This document shows positions 1-7,660 of a stretch of DNA of 64,000 nucleotides, in pieces. The translations under genes and the position numbers were made by a program. The stretch lies in the sequence record NC_048045.1; one strand, given 5' to 3'. The notes beneath the pieces were generated by a model. It searched no databases, was not told where the DNA came from, and saw nothing but the letters and a program-made list of their open reading frames with translations. The stretch's first letter is position 1, and each line of letters starts with the position of its first letter.

Positions 1-163
1 CGGGATGCACCGGCGAGACGCTGGCGCGAACCCCATCCTTCTTGAAGGACCCGTAGCACGGGAACTGGATGCGTGTTTCGAATTCGCTCGGCTTGACCGA
101 GTCGGTGTCGGCCAGGGCGATCCGGAAGCGCCCGTAGAGCTTGGGCTTCTTGGTCTTGCTCAT
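1..163 (-). CDS. ATP-dependent DNA ligase, N-terminal part (runs off window start)
   Basis: Manual translation MSKTKKPKLYGRFRIALAD...QFPCYGSFKKDGVRAS contains adenylation motif I KxDGxR in an FPCY context; ATG overlaps the upstream stop. Confidence 0.75.
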   Translation of the reverse strand, partial: MSKTKKPKLYGRFRIALADTDSVKPSEFETRIQFPCYGSFKKDGVRASVSPVHP

Positions 164-621
164 CTCAATTTCCCCTCGATCAACTTGAGGCCGGGTTGGT
201 CCCGGTCCATCTGGTAGACGGTGTAGCGATCGCCGTCGAACTCGACGCTGTAGACCCGGATGCCGGCGTTGAGGCACTGCATCCACATGTCCCGCGTGCC
301 CGGCCCGCCGGGGAACGCCACGCAGACGTCGGGCTGGCTGGTCTCACGCATGCGGGTGTTGCGGCGCTTGGGCGCATCGTCGCCCTCGCCGTCCAGCGCG
401 GGGTCGACCTTGTAGACCTCGGTGGCGAACCCCCACTTCTTGGCCCAGGCCCGGCAGAGCCGGTCATAGCCCACTGCATCACCGTCGACCCAGATCATGT
501 CGCGCGGCCAGCGCAGCGCCGAGACCAGGGCCGACAGCACCAGGGTGGGCGCGACCTCGACGACGCCGACCCGGCCGCCGCAGACCACCGCCACGAACGG
601 GCGTTCAGCTTCAGGCGTCAT
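160..621 (-). CDS. SLOG superfamily protein (YspA/DUF2493-like)
   Basis: VAVVCGGR, DGDAVGYDRLCRAWA, APKRRNTRM, CVAFPGGPGTRDM motifs; start moved to MTPEAE. Confidence 0.75.
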   Translation of the reverse strand: MTPEAERPFVAVVCGGRVGVVEVAPTLVLSALVSALRWPRDMIWVDGDAVGYDRLCRAWAKKWGFATEVYKVDPALDGEGDDAPKRRNTRMRETSQPDVCVAFPGGPGTRDMWMQCLNAGIRVYSVEFDGDRYTVYQMDRDQPGLKLIEGKLR

Positions 622-2518
622 CGAAGATATCCGGGTTGAGGATTTCGGGTTCCATGTCGATGAACGAGCCGTCGAGCTTGCCGGCGCGGCCAATGCCCGG
701 CACCTGCGCGTGGTACGACATCAGGTCCATCTCGACACGGTGGCGTTGATAGTCAGCGTTCGCGTTGTAGCTGTATTTGTTGTGATACACCTTGACAGCA
801 TGCTCAATGGTGTCCGAAGGCGGCGCGTAGCTGACCCCCCGCCCACCGCTGCCGAGATAGTCGTAGCGCGGGCTATGGCGGTGCCGCCCGAACTCGCGCT
901 CGGACATCACTGCTTGTTGCTGCATCTGGTCGCGGAACTTGGTGTAGCGCGTCGACAGGGCGACGTGATAGGCGCTGACATCGGCCAGGAGCTTGATCAG
1001 GGGCTTGAACGATTTCTGCCCGTCCGAAAACTCGGTCACCGCGTCGACGAAGGCCTCCGCCGCCGCGACCGAACGTGGCGCGCCGCCCAGCCAGGACAGA
1101 AGCTGCCCAGGCTTGACGTCGTAGCAGGAGCCGTCGATCGCCCATCCCCGTTCCTGTTCGTCCCAGGTCCACTGGGCATTGTTCATCAGCGCCAGGACCC
1201 CGAACGGGTCGTAGCGATCCTTGCCGTCGCGCAGCACACCGAACCCGAACTTGGTCTTGGCCATCAGCGCCGTCCACTCGGCCATGATGCCCGCGTCGGC
1301 GTTCATCTGGCTGAGAAGCTGCTGGAGCCGCCGCACGTTCGCCGGGACGTCGGTGCTGACGCTGTCGCGCACGACCGACCCTTGGAACGTCGTCCAGGAT
1401 TCGAGGGTGCAGAACCGCTGGTGCAGGGGCTGACGGTCGTATTCCATGCGCACGTCGTCCAGGGCCGCGAACTGACCGGCGGAGCCGGGGAAGCCATAGC
1501 GATCCCGGCGGCGATAGTACATCCCGCCGCCGACCTTCATGATCGGCATGTCGTGGTAGGCTTCGAAGATGCTGCCCAGGTCGTGGTAGCCGTCGTAGTC
1601 CCGGCTCTTCTCCAGTTCGGCATCGGGGATCGCCCACAGACCCGTCCATTCGCCGTCCGGACCCCAGAGGAAGAGGTTGGCCATCGGCCCCATCTCATTC
1701 ACCGACGGCGTGCGATCCGGCAGGTAGGGCGCGAAGTGGTGAGCGTTCTTGTGGATGAAGTCGCGCACGTGAACTTCATAGCGATCGCGGGCGCGCCTTT
1801 CGCTGCGGTCGTACATCGAGTGATGAATGGAAGACATCTTGGTGTCCATGTACTTGAGGGGCGAGGCGGTCAGCCACCGCATCATGTCGCGTTGGTAGGG
1901 GCGGAGCGAAAGGCTCTGGTCCATGATCAGGTGGTCGCGCATGACCTGATCGGCGGTGCGCCCCTGGGCCTTGTGCGCGGTGATCACGAGGGTCCTCGCC
2001 ATCTCCTGAAGCCGGGACTTGCCGTGCTGGCGCGGCGCGATGTGAACCGTTCGGCAGAGGTTGTCGAGCTTGCCGCCCAGAGGGTCGGGCCACGGAGCAT
2101 CGAACTCGGTGACGTCCTGCATCATGGTCGCCTCATCGATGAGCCACGTGTTGTTCTGGGTGTCATGCCCGAAGAACTGGTGGACCGTGCCGCCGGACTT
2201 GCCGGCCGGGTCGATGCCGTAGTGGACCTTGAACGGCCCCAGGACGGCGTCGTCGACCTTGCGCTGCATCTCCTTGATGCGCTCCTCGATAGAGGGCAGG
2301 GTCGAAGCCTGCTCCAGGACCTCCATCGACAGCGGGAAGACGCTCGTCTTCCAGTCGGCCTTGACCTGGGAGGCCTTCATCACCGCGATCTGATCAGACA
2401 GCTTCTGGATCGACTTGGCCGCCTTGCCGGTCGGCGCCGGCATGACGAAGCTGGGGGCCGCAGCCGGCTCCTTGAACAGGCTGAAGACGTCGGCCGGCGG
2501 AGCGCTGACCTGCTTCAT
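611..2518 (-). CDS. Hypothetical protein (635 aa) with scattered helicase/terminase-like motifs in the N-terminal third
   Basis: Long ORF with phage codon bias; start moved to MKQVSA, just past the DUF1643 stop. Confidence 0.8.
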   Translation of the reverse strand: MKQVSAPPADVFSLFKEPAAAPSFVMPAPTGKAAKSIQKLSDQIAVMKASQVKADWKTSVFPLSMEVLEQASTLPSIEERIKEMQRKVDDAVLGPFKVHYGIDPAGKSGGTVHQFFGHDTQNNTWLIDEATMMQDVTEFDAPWPDPLGGKLDNLCRTVHIAPRQHGKSRLQEMARTLVITAHKAQGRTADQVMRDHLIMDQSLSLRPYQRDMMRWLTASPLKYMDTKMSSIHHSMYDRSERRARDRYEVHVRDFIHKNAHHFAPYLPDRTPSVNEMGPMANLFLWGPDGEWTGLWAIPDAELEKSRDYDGYHDLGSIFEAYHDMPIMKVGGGMYYRRRDRYGFPGSAGQFAALDDVRMEYDRQPLHQRFCTLESWTTFQGSVVRDSVSTDVPANVRRLQQLLSQMNADAGIMAEWTALMAKTKFGFGVLRDGKDRYDPFGVLALMNNAQWTWDEQERGWAIDGSCYDVKPGQLLSWLGGAPRSVAAAEAFVDAVTEFSDGQKSFKPLIKLLADVSAYHVALSTRYTKFRDQMQQQAVMSEREFGRHRHSPRYDYLGSGGRGVSYAPPSDTIEHAVKVYHNKYSYNANADYQRHRVEMDLMSYHAQVPGIGRAGKLDGSFIDMEPEILNPDIFDDA

Positions 2519-2528
2519 CAGGGCCGCG

Positions 2529-3161
2529 CTAGGCGCTCCTAAGAGGCTCGAAAGGCTGGTCGCCGGCGATGTAGAGGGGGTGGCGGGGATGGCCGTCTTT
2601 GGACTTGCCAAGGCACTTGACTTCGACCCCGGTGATTTCGGCTTGCTGGACCGCGCCATAGTCTTGATCCTTGAACTCCCCATGGACACCCCAGCCGGCG
2701 ATGACATCGGCCTTGGCGGTGACAGCGTACTCGAAAGCGTGTTGCAGGAACCGGGCATTGAGCGGCCCGATCGGATCAGGCGCCGCCTTCATGATCGCCG
2801 GCGATTTGGACCGGAAGGCGAAGAGGTTGACGACGATGATCCCACCATAGTCGTCGCGGCGCGCAAAGCCCATGCACCGGCGGATGGTGTTGTCGTCCAG
2901 GCGCGCGGTGGCGGTGGACGGGTTGAGCATCATGAAGATCAGGAGCGGCTTGCTCGGGTCCCAGACCCGCATGAGCATGTAGCGAAAGGTCTCGCACTGC
3001 GAGAGGATCGCGGCCTTGATCACGTCGTTCTCGATCACCACGTCGCCATAGACGCCGGTGATCTCCGGATCGTCGATCGACAGTTCAGCGGTCCCGTCCT
3101 CCAGGACCCGCAGGAAGTCGCCCCAGGAGGGCGCGTTCAGTTGTGCGGTGATCGTCGTCAT
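2529..3161 (-). CDS. DUF1643 family protein
   Basis: FRYMLMRVWD, IFMMLNPSTA, DDNTIRRCMGFARR, VVNLFAFRS, HPRHPLY. Confidence 0.85.
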   Translation of the reverse strand: MTTITAQLNAPSWGDFLRVLEDGTAELSIDDPEITGVYGDVVIENDVIKAAILSQCETFRYMLMRVWDPSKPLLIFMMLNPSTATARLDDNTIRRCMGFARRDDYGGIIVVNLFAFRSKSPAIMKAAPDPIGPLNARFLQHAFEYAVTAKADVIAGWGVHGEFKDQDYGAVQQAEITGVEVKCLGKSKDGHPRHPLYIAGDQPFEPLRSA

Positions 3162-3168
3162 TCCTGAC

Positions 3169-3202
3169 ATTTGCCCCGAGAAGGTTGGCTTTGTCAACGC
3201 TT
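3169..3202 (-). promoter_or_regulatory. Putative sigma70-type promoter TTGACA-N17-GCAAAT, possibly leaderless
   Basis: -35 at 3192-3197, -10 at 3169-3174, ATG 7 nt downstream; lies just after a terminator. Confidence 0.5.
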
Positions 3203-3208
3203 GGAATC

Positions 3209-3237
3209 AAAAGGGCCGCCCCGCAGGACGGCCCTTT
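3209..3237 (-). terminator. Intrinsic terminator
   Basis: GGGCCGTCC-TGCG-GGGCGGCCC stem followed by TTTT on the minus strand. Confidence 0.75.
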
Positions 3238-3240
3238 CTC

Positions 3241-3456
3241 GACCTTACCAGACTTCGCCGAACTTGCACGTCCTAGGACGTCGACCGCCTCGGAGTCTGG
3301 TCTTGTAGCGCCTCAAACGCTTGCCCCGCGCGCCGCTCTAAGGAGACTAGGAGATCGTTGCGCTGGTCTAATGGGCGGCAGGTGATCGCTGGCGGTCTTT
3401 CCGTGTAGGGCCTCCTACCTCTTGCGGTTCTGTTCTAGGATCGCCGGCCTAGGCCG
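3241..3456 (-). other. Unusually long non-coding stretch with nested inverted repeats (possible structured RNA or DNA site)
   Basis: No credible ORF; ACCAGACT/AGTCTGGT arms enclose palindrome ACGTCCTAGGACGT; second palindrome CGGCCTAGGCCG. Confidence 0.3.
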
Positions 3457-3714
3457 TCAATCCTCAAGCAGGGCCTTTTGAGCCAGGGCGCGATTGTACT
3501 CCAGGAGCTTGCGAAGAGCCTTGCGGTCGCCGTCAGCCATGGCGTAGAGCCGCACCACGTCATCGTAGTCGAATTCGTTGACGAGGTCGCGCAGGTCCTG
3601 GTCCATCTTGTCGATGGTCCGAAACAGGCGCTCGCGATATTGGCGCTGCTCCTGCCGGCGGCGACGGCCGGCGAGAACACCGATCCGCTGCCGCACGCGG
3701 CGATGACGCAGCAT
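3457..3714 (-). CDS. Hypothetical protein (85 aa)
   Basis: Start MLRHRR overlaps upstream TGA; helical, charged. Confidence 0.7.
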   Translation of the reverse strand: MLRHRRVRQRIGVLAGRRRRQEQRQYRERLFRTIDKMDQDLRDLVNEFDYDDVVRLYAMADGDRKALRKLLEYNRALAQKALLED

Positions 3715-4226
3715 CAGAGCGTCTTGGGCGCGTGCCAGTCCTCGCGGTCGTCGGCATAGAGCACCGACGCCAGCGGACCGGTCCCGATGTCGCACTTGGC
3801 GGCGATCTCCACCGCCTGGGCGGCCGTGGCGCCCATGTGCAGCGCCCCCAGAGCCGACCACGTGCCCGAGCCGAAGGCGTAGAAGGGCGCACGCATCACA
3901 TAGGCCGGCGCGCCGCTCTCGAACCGCAGGCATGTGCCATCCGGGAGGATGACATAGCCGTTGGTCTCCTTGTCGGGCTTCTCAGGGCGGCCCATGTCGC
4001 AGTACGCGCCCTTGCCGCCGTCCGCCAGCCACTCGTCGAATTGCTCGGACTTGACCCAGTCGAGGAAGATTTGGACGTAGGACGACTCGCCCGCCGCGCC
4101 GAAGAGCAGCGTGCCGCCCGGTCCGGTGCGCTTGCCGATCTTGGGGACGTCCCCGCAGGGGGTCCACAGGTCCAGAACCCGCGCGTCGGCGGCCAGGGCG
4201 CCGTCTCGATAGACGATACACGTCAT
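3714..4226 (-). CDS. Ntn-hydrolase, HslV/proteasome beta-like peptidase
   Basis: N-terminal M-T-CIVYRDGALAADAR, GAAG, AFGSG..ALGAL, AVEIAAKCDIGTG; AGGAG RBS. Confidence 0.7.
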   Translation of the reverse strand: MTCIVYRDGALAADARVLDLWTPCGDVPKIGKRTGPGGTLLFGAAGESSYVQIFLDWVKSEQFDEWLADGGKGAYCDMGRPEKPDKETNGYVILPDGTCLRFESGAPAYVMRAPFYAFGSGTWSALGALHMGATAAQAVEIAAKCDIGTGPLASVLYADDREDWHAPKTL

Positions 4227-4257
4227 ACGTCCAAACTCCTACTGATATCTTCTAGGT

Positions 4258-4947
4258 TTAGCGCGGAGCGCGGGGCAGACGCGCGGCGGCCGGGTTCTTC
4301 AGCGAGCCGGTAGTCGGCCCGGCTTGGCGTGCGCCGGCCTCCGGCTTGAAGCCCTCGGGGAGCAGCGGCGTGCGGGACTTGCCCGAGGCGGCCGACCGTT
4401 CCTTGACGAGATCGTCGCCGCCTTCGCTTTGGACCTTGGCGTCCGAGATCAACTTGTCCTTGCGCTTGGAGGGCGCGACGTTGTTGGACTGGAGGGTGCC
4501 GTCCGACCCGGCCGCGATCTGCCGCGTCGTCAGATCAACGACAGCGTTGACCAGCGCGGACAGCATCGCCTTCTCGGCGCTGACGGAGGCGGTGGTCGAG
4601 GCACCCGTGAAGCCGGTCCCGTCGCCTTTGGCCTTGCCGCTGACGCGCACGGTGATCAGCTTGCTCTTCTTGTTCTTCAGGAAGCCCGAGGCCTCTTCGC
4701 GCGACGAGACGTCGACCCGTGCGCCCGGCGCGATTTGCTCCAGCAGCCCCAGGGCCGCGTGGTAGCTGCTGGTGAAGTTGAGCGCGCCCTTGTAGCCGCT
4801 CGGGGCGGAGATTGTCTTATCGATCGTCTGATCGATGACCGTGGTGGCCAGATAGGTGGGCTCAGGGTCGCGCAGGTAGACGTCGACCTGCTCCTTGACG
4901 GCCCGCAGGCGGTTGATGTCGAGAGTGAGGGCGCGCGTGGCGACCAT
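4258..4947 (-). CDS. Hypothetical protein
   Basis: ORF with GGAG RBS; low-complexity C-terminus. Confidence 0.75.
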   Translation of the reverse strand: MVATRALTLDINRLRAVKEQVDVYLRDPEPTYLATTVIDQTIDKTISAPSGYKGALNFTSSYHAALGLLEQIAPGARVDVSSREEASGFLKNKKSKLITVRVSGKAKGDGTGFTGASTTASVSAEKAMLSALVNAVVDLTTRQIAAGSDGTLQSNNVAPSKRKDKLISDAKVQSEGGDDLVKERSAASGKSRTPLLPEGFKPEAGARQAGPTTGSLKNPAAARLPRAPR

Positions 4948-4956
4948 GGTGTGCTC

Positions 4957-5508
4957 CTATTGCTGCTCGTCGATCGCCTGGGCGACCTGGGTGTTGCCGT
5001 AGCGGTAGTTGTTCCAATGGTCGCTCGTGGCGTAGCGACCCTTGCGCTTGAGGCTGACCTCGACTTCCGGCGAGACCAAGCCCATCTTCTCTCCGGCCGC
5101 GATGAGGTCGAAGAACGCCTGCTGCCAGGGCGGCGGCATTTCCTGGATGGACATGCGAGGCAGGGTAAACCACGCCGCACGCCCCAGCCCGAAGAAACTA
5201 TCGACCGGCGCGTAGGGCATGGTCATCTCCCCGGCATAGTGGACGACCCGCCCGTCGCTCTCCTTGACCGAGTGCGTGTACGCGGCAATCCTGGCGCGCT
5301 CGTAGGCCTCGTCGTCCGCCTGCCGGATAAGCAGGGCGCGGATGTCCTCGGGACAGCCGTGGAAGAACGCCTCGTCCTTGGGCGTCAGGCAGTCGGCCAG
5401 GGCCGCCTTGAGCGCGCTGCGCATCTCGTCGAGCGCCTGGGCCGCGTCCTCATCCCGGTCGGGATGGAAGTCGTCGGCGATCTCAGCGATGCGGTCACGC
5501 AGGTTCAT
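4957..5508 (-). CDS. Hypothetical protein
   Basis: ORF in gene string with 4-nt overlap; FFGLGRAAWFTLPRMSIQEMP resembles a recurrent phage motif. Confidence 0.75.
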   Translation of the reverse strand: MNLRDRIAEIADDFHPDRDEDAAQALDEMRSALKAALADCLTPKDEAFFHGCPEDIRALLIRQADDEAYERARIAAYTHSVKESDGRVVHYAGEMTMPYAPVDSFFGLGRAAWFTLPRMSIQEMPPPWQQAFFDLIAAGEKMGLVSPEVEVSLKRKGRYATSDHWNNYRYGNTQVAQAIDEQQ

Positions 5509-5966
5509 TGGCAGACCTTCACGGGGTCGACGGCCGCGACCGGCGACATGTAGGTGTCGGGGTCCCAGGCGCCAGGAACGTTACCGCCCGAGATGTACTG
5601 GTAGTCCGGCGAGGGCGGGGTCATCGAGCCGCCATTGCTGGCGACCTTGCCCGGATTGGGGTAGAGCGACAGCCACAGGCGCCCGTCGGCCCCACGCAGG
5701 ACATATTGCCCGCTCTGGCGGCAGACCTTGGCGATCTGCATCCGCCACGCGTAGTTGAGCTTCTTCTTGCGCGCGGCCTCGTCGCGCAGCCACTGCTCAT
5801 GACCCATCCGCGCCCAGCGGGCCTTCTTGGCGACGAGTTCCTTGTGCTCCGGCGACCAGCGGAGGTGATCCTCCTCGTCGAGCGACACCACGGCCGCCGT
5901 CATCCCAAGGATGACGACGACCGCTATGGTCGTGAGCCAGAACAGCGGATCGGTCAGGCGCTTCAT
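5505..5966 (-). CDS. Hypothetical membrane-anchored protein
   Basis: Start MKRLTD; N-terminal hydrophobic helix LFWLTTIAVVVILGMTAAVV. Confidence 0.7.
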   Translation of the reverse strand: MKRLTDPLFWLTTIAVVVILGMTAAVVSLDEEDHLRWSPEHKELVAKKARWARMGHEQWLRDEAARKKKLNYAWRMQIAKVCRQSGQYVLRGADGRLWLSLYPNPGKVASNGGSMTPPSPDYQYISGGNVPGAWDPDTYMSPVAAVDPVKVCQ

Positions 5967-6208
5967 CAGGCGACGATGTCCTTGAAGGTGTCGCGGGCGT
6001 GGTCGGTGACCAACCAGACGCCCTCCTGGGTGTGGATCGGCATCAGCCAACCGGCGCGTTCGGCGAAGTCCAGGTTGCCGCAGAGTTGCCAGCCGCCGCC
6101 AGTATGGGCGTAGGTCGTCTGACCCTCGCCCACAAGGCCCTTGACGAGTTCGAAAGCGTGGGCGGCGTCATCGGCCACCAGGGCGGTGGCGGGGCGTTGA
6201 TAGCTCAT
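5966..6208 (-). CDS. Hypothetical protein
   Basis: ORF with GGAG RBS; TGATG overlap. Confidence 0.7.
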   Translation of the reverse strand: MSYQRPATALVADDAAHAFELVKGLVGEGQTTYAHTGGGWQLCGNLDFAERAGWLMPIHTQEGVWLVTDHARDTFKDIVA

Positions 6209-6219
6209 GATCTTCTCCT

Positions 6220-7650
6220 TCAGGCGATCTCATAGCCAGCGGCGACGCGCTCGCGGATTTGGTCCAGCGTCGTCGGCTCCAGCACCTTGCCGGTGTTGAA
6301 GACCTCGTCCAGCAGATCGTGCTCGACGACGTCGCCCTCGTGGACCGTGATGGTCTCGAAGCCGCCGGCCTCGTTGGTCACCAGGGCCAGCTTGCCCTTC
6401 TTGGAGACCTTGCCCGGATCGGTGATGGGGTCCTTGAAGATGTCGACCCACTCGCCGTTGATCTCTTGGGCCGACGACTTCATCGCCCACTTGTTGGTGT
6501 CGCGGTCCAGGTCGCCCGTCGCCAGACCACCGCCGGCCGCCGTCATGATGCTGTCGGGCGCGATGCCCAGGTCGCGACCCAGATAGAACGGGTCCATGTG
6601 GGTGTGCTCGTTCATGCCGTCGCCCTGGAGGACCTTGGCGTTCAGGTTGAGCACGTCCAGACCCTTGCTGTTGCGTTGGGTCCCGAAGCCGTCGGCCATG
6701 ATCTTGAGCACCGGCGGGATGACCTCGCCCAGCTTGCCGCTATCGGGACGGCAGACGATCGTGATGTTCTTGTTGGCGATCAGGTCCTTGAACTTCACCA
6801 GCTTGCGGGTGAACTCGAAGATGTTCCAGGTGTCGCCGACCAGCGAGACGATCGAACCAGCCGGCGCCCGGTTCAGGCAGTGCTCGATGTATTCGTCGTC
6901 GTTGTCGCGCCCGAACGAGCAGGAGATCGAGTGCTCGGTGGCCAGCACCGAGTAGGCCGACATCTCGCTGAAGTAGTTGATGTTCGCCGCGCGCACGGCC
7001 GGGACGTTGTCCGAGCCCTGGAAGTGGTAGAGGTGCGCGATGCCGGCCAGGACCGAGTGATCATAGCCCATGGTGCCGCGCGAGGAGAAGTCCAGGAAAG
7101 CGAACGGCGACATCGGCGTGTCGCTGGTGAGGTCCCAGAAGCTCTTGATCCGCGACGCGATGTTGTTGACGCGCGCGGCGATCGTCGAGGCCGTCCAGAC
7201 GTCGCGCAGGATCATGGTCTCGAAGTACGAGGTCAGCCAGGGCAGGCGCGGGTCGAGGTTCTCGACGCTGATCAGGGCGTTCTTGACCGGGATCATCATG
7301 CCCTCGGGCACGGCCTTGATGCGCAGCGGCAGGTAGCCGCCGTACTCGTTCAGGATGATCTCCCAGCCGTCGCGGTTGAACGGCAGGCCGTGGGCCGGCA
7401 CGAACACGGCCATCTCGTCGATGTCGGCGCGGGTGATCGGCTTGCAGAGCTTCTGGAAGAGCAGGCGCTGGAACGCGGCCAGCATCACCTTGGGGTAACG
7501 CCCGCCCCGGCTCTCGATGTAGCTGTAGACGGTGGTGCAGCCGTCGCGATAGAGCACCCAGTGCCCCAGCTTGTAGCTGTCGGTGTCGGCGATCAGGTTG
7601 TAGGTCTCGACGGGAGCGACCCCGTCCCATTTGGCGATGTCGAAGGCCAT
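6220..7650 (-). CDS. nadV: Nicotinamide phosphoribosyltransferase (NAMPT)
   Basis: DTDSYKLGH, VYSYIESRGG, DFSSRG, AHLYHFQGSD, ATEHS, RPDSG, LQGDG, GKVSKKGKL. Confidence 0.93.
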   Translation of the reverse strand: MAFDIAKWDGVAPVETYNLIADTDSYKLGHWVLYRDGCTTVYSYIESRGGRYPKVMLAAFQRLLFQKLCKPITRADIDEMAVFVPAHGLPFNRDGWEIILNEYGGYLPLRIKAVPEGMMIPVKNALISVENLDPRLPWLTSYFETMILRDVWTASTIAARVNNIASRIKSFWDLTSDTPMSPFAFLDFSSRGTMGYDHSVLAGIAHLYHFQGSDNVPAVRAANINYFSEMSAYSVLATEHSISCSFGRDNDDEYIEHCLNRAPAGSIVSLVGDTWNIFEFTRKLVKFKDLIANKNITIVCRPDSGKLGEVIPPVLKIMADGFGTQRNSKGLDVLNLNAKVLQGDGMNEHTHMDPFYLGRDLGIAPDSIMTAAGGGLATGDLDRDTNKWAMKSSAQEINGEWVDIFKDPITDPGKVSKKGKLALVTNEAGGFETITVHEGDVVEHDLLDEVFNTGKVLEPTTLDQIRERVAAGYEIA

Positions 7651-7660
7651 GATGTCCCCT

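Noticed and set aside
611-2518. Annotation as terminase large subunit or RecD/SNF2 helicase
   Set aside because: The motifs come from different families, are out of order and too closely spaced; the flanks lack the folds.
3241-3456. tRNA or tmRNA in the non-coding gap
   Set aside because: No GTTCRA T-loop, acceptor stem, CCA end or tag reading frame recognised.
4226-4260. Promoter upstream of the Ntn peptidase
   Set aside because: A TAGAAG is present but there is no -35-like hexamer at 16-18 nt.
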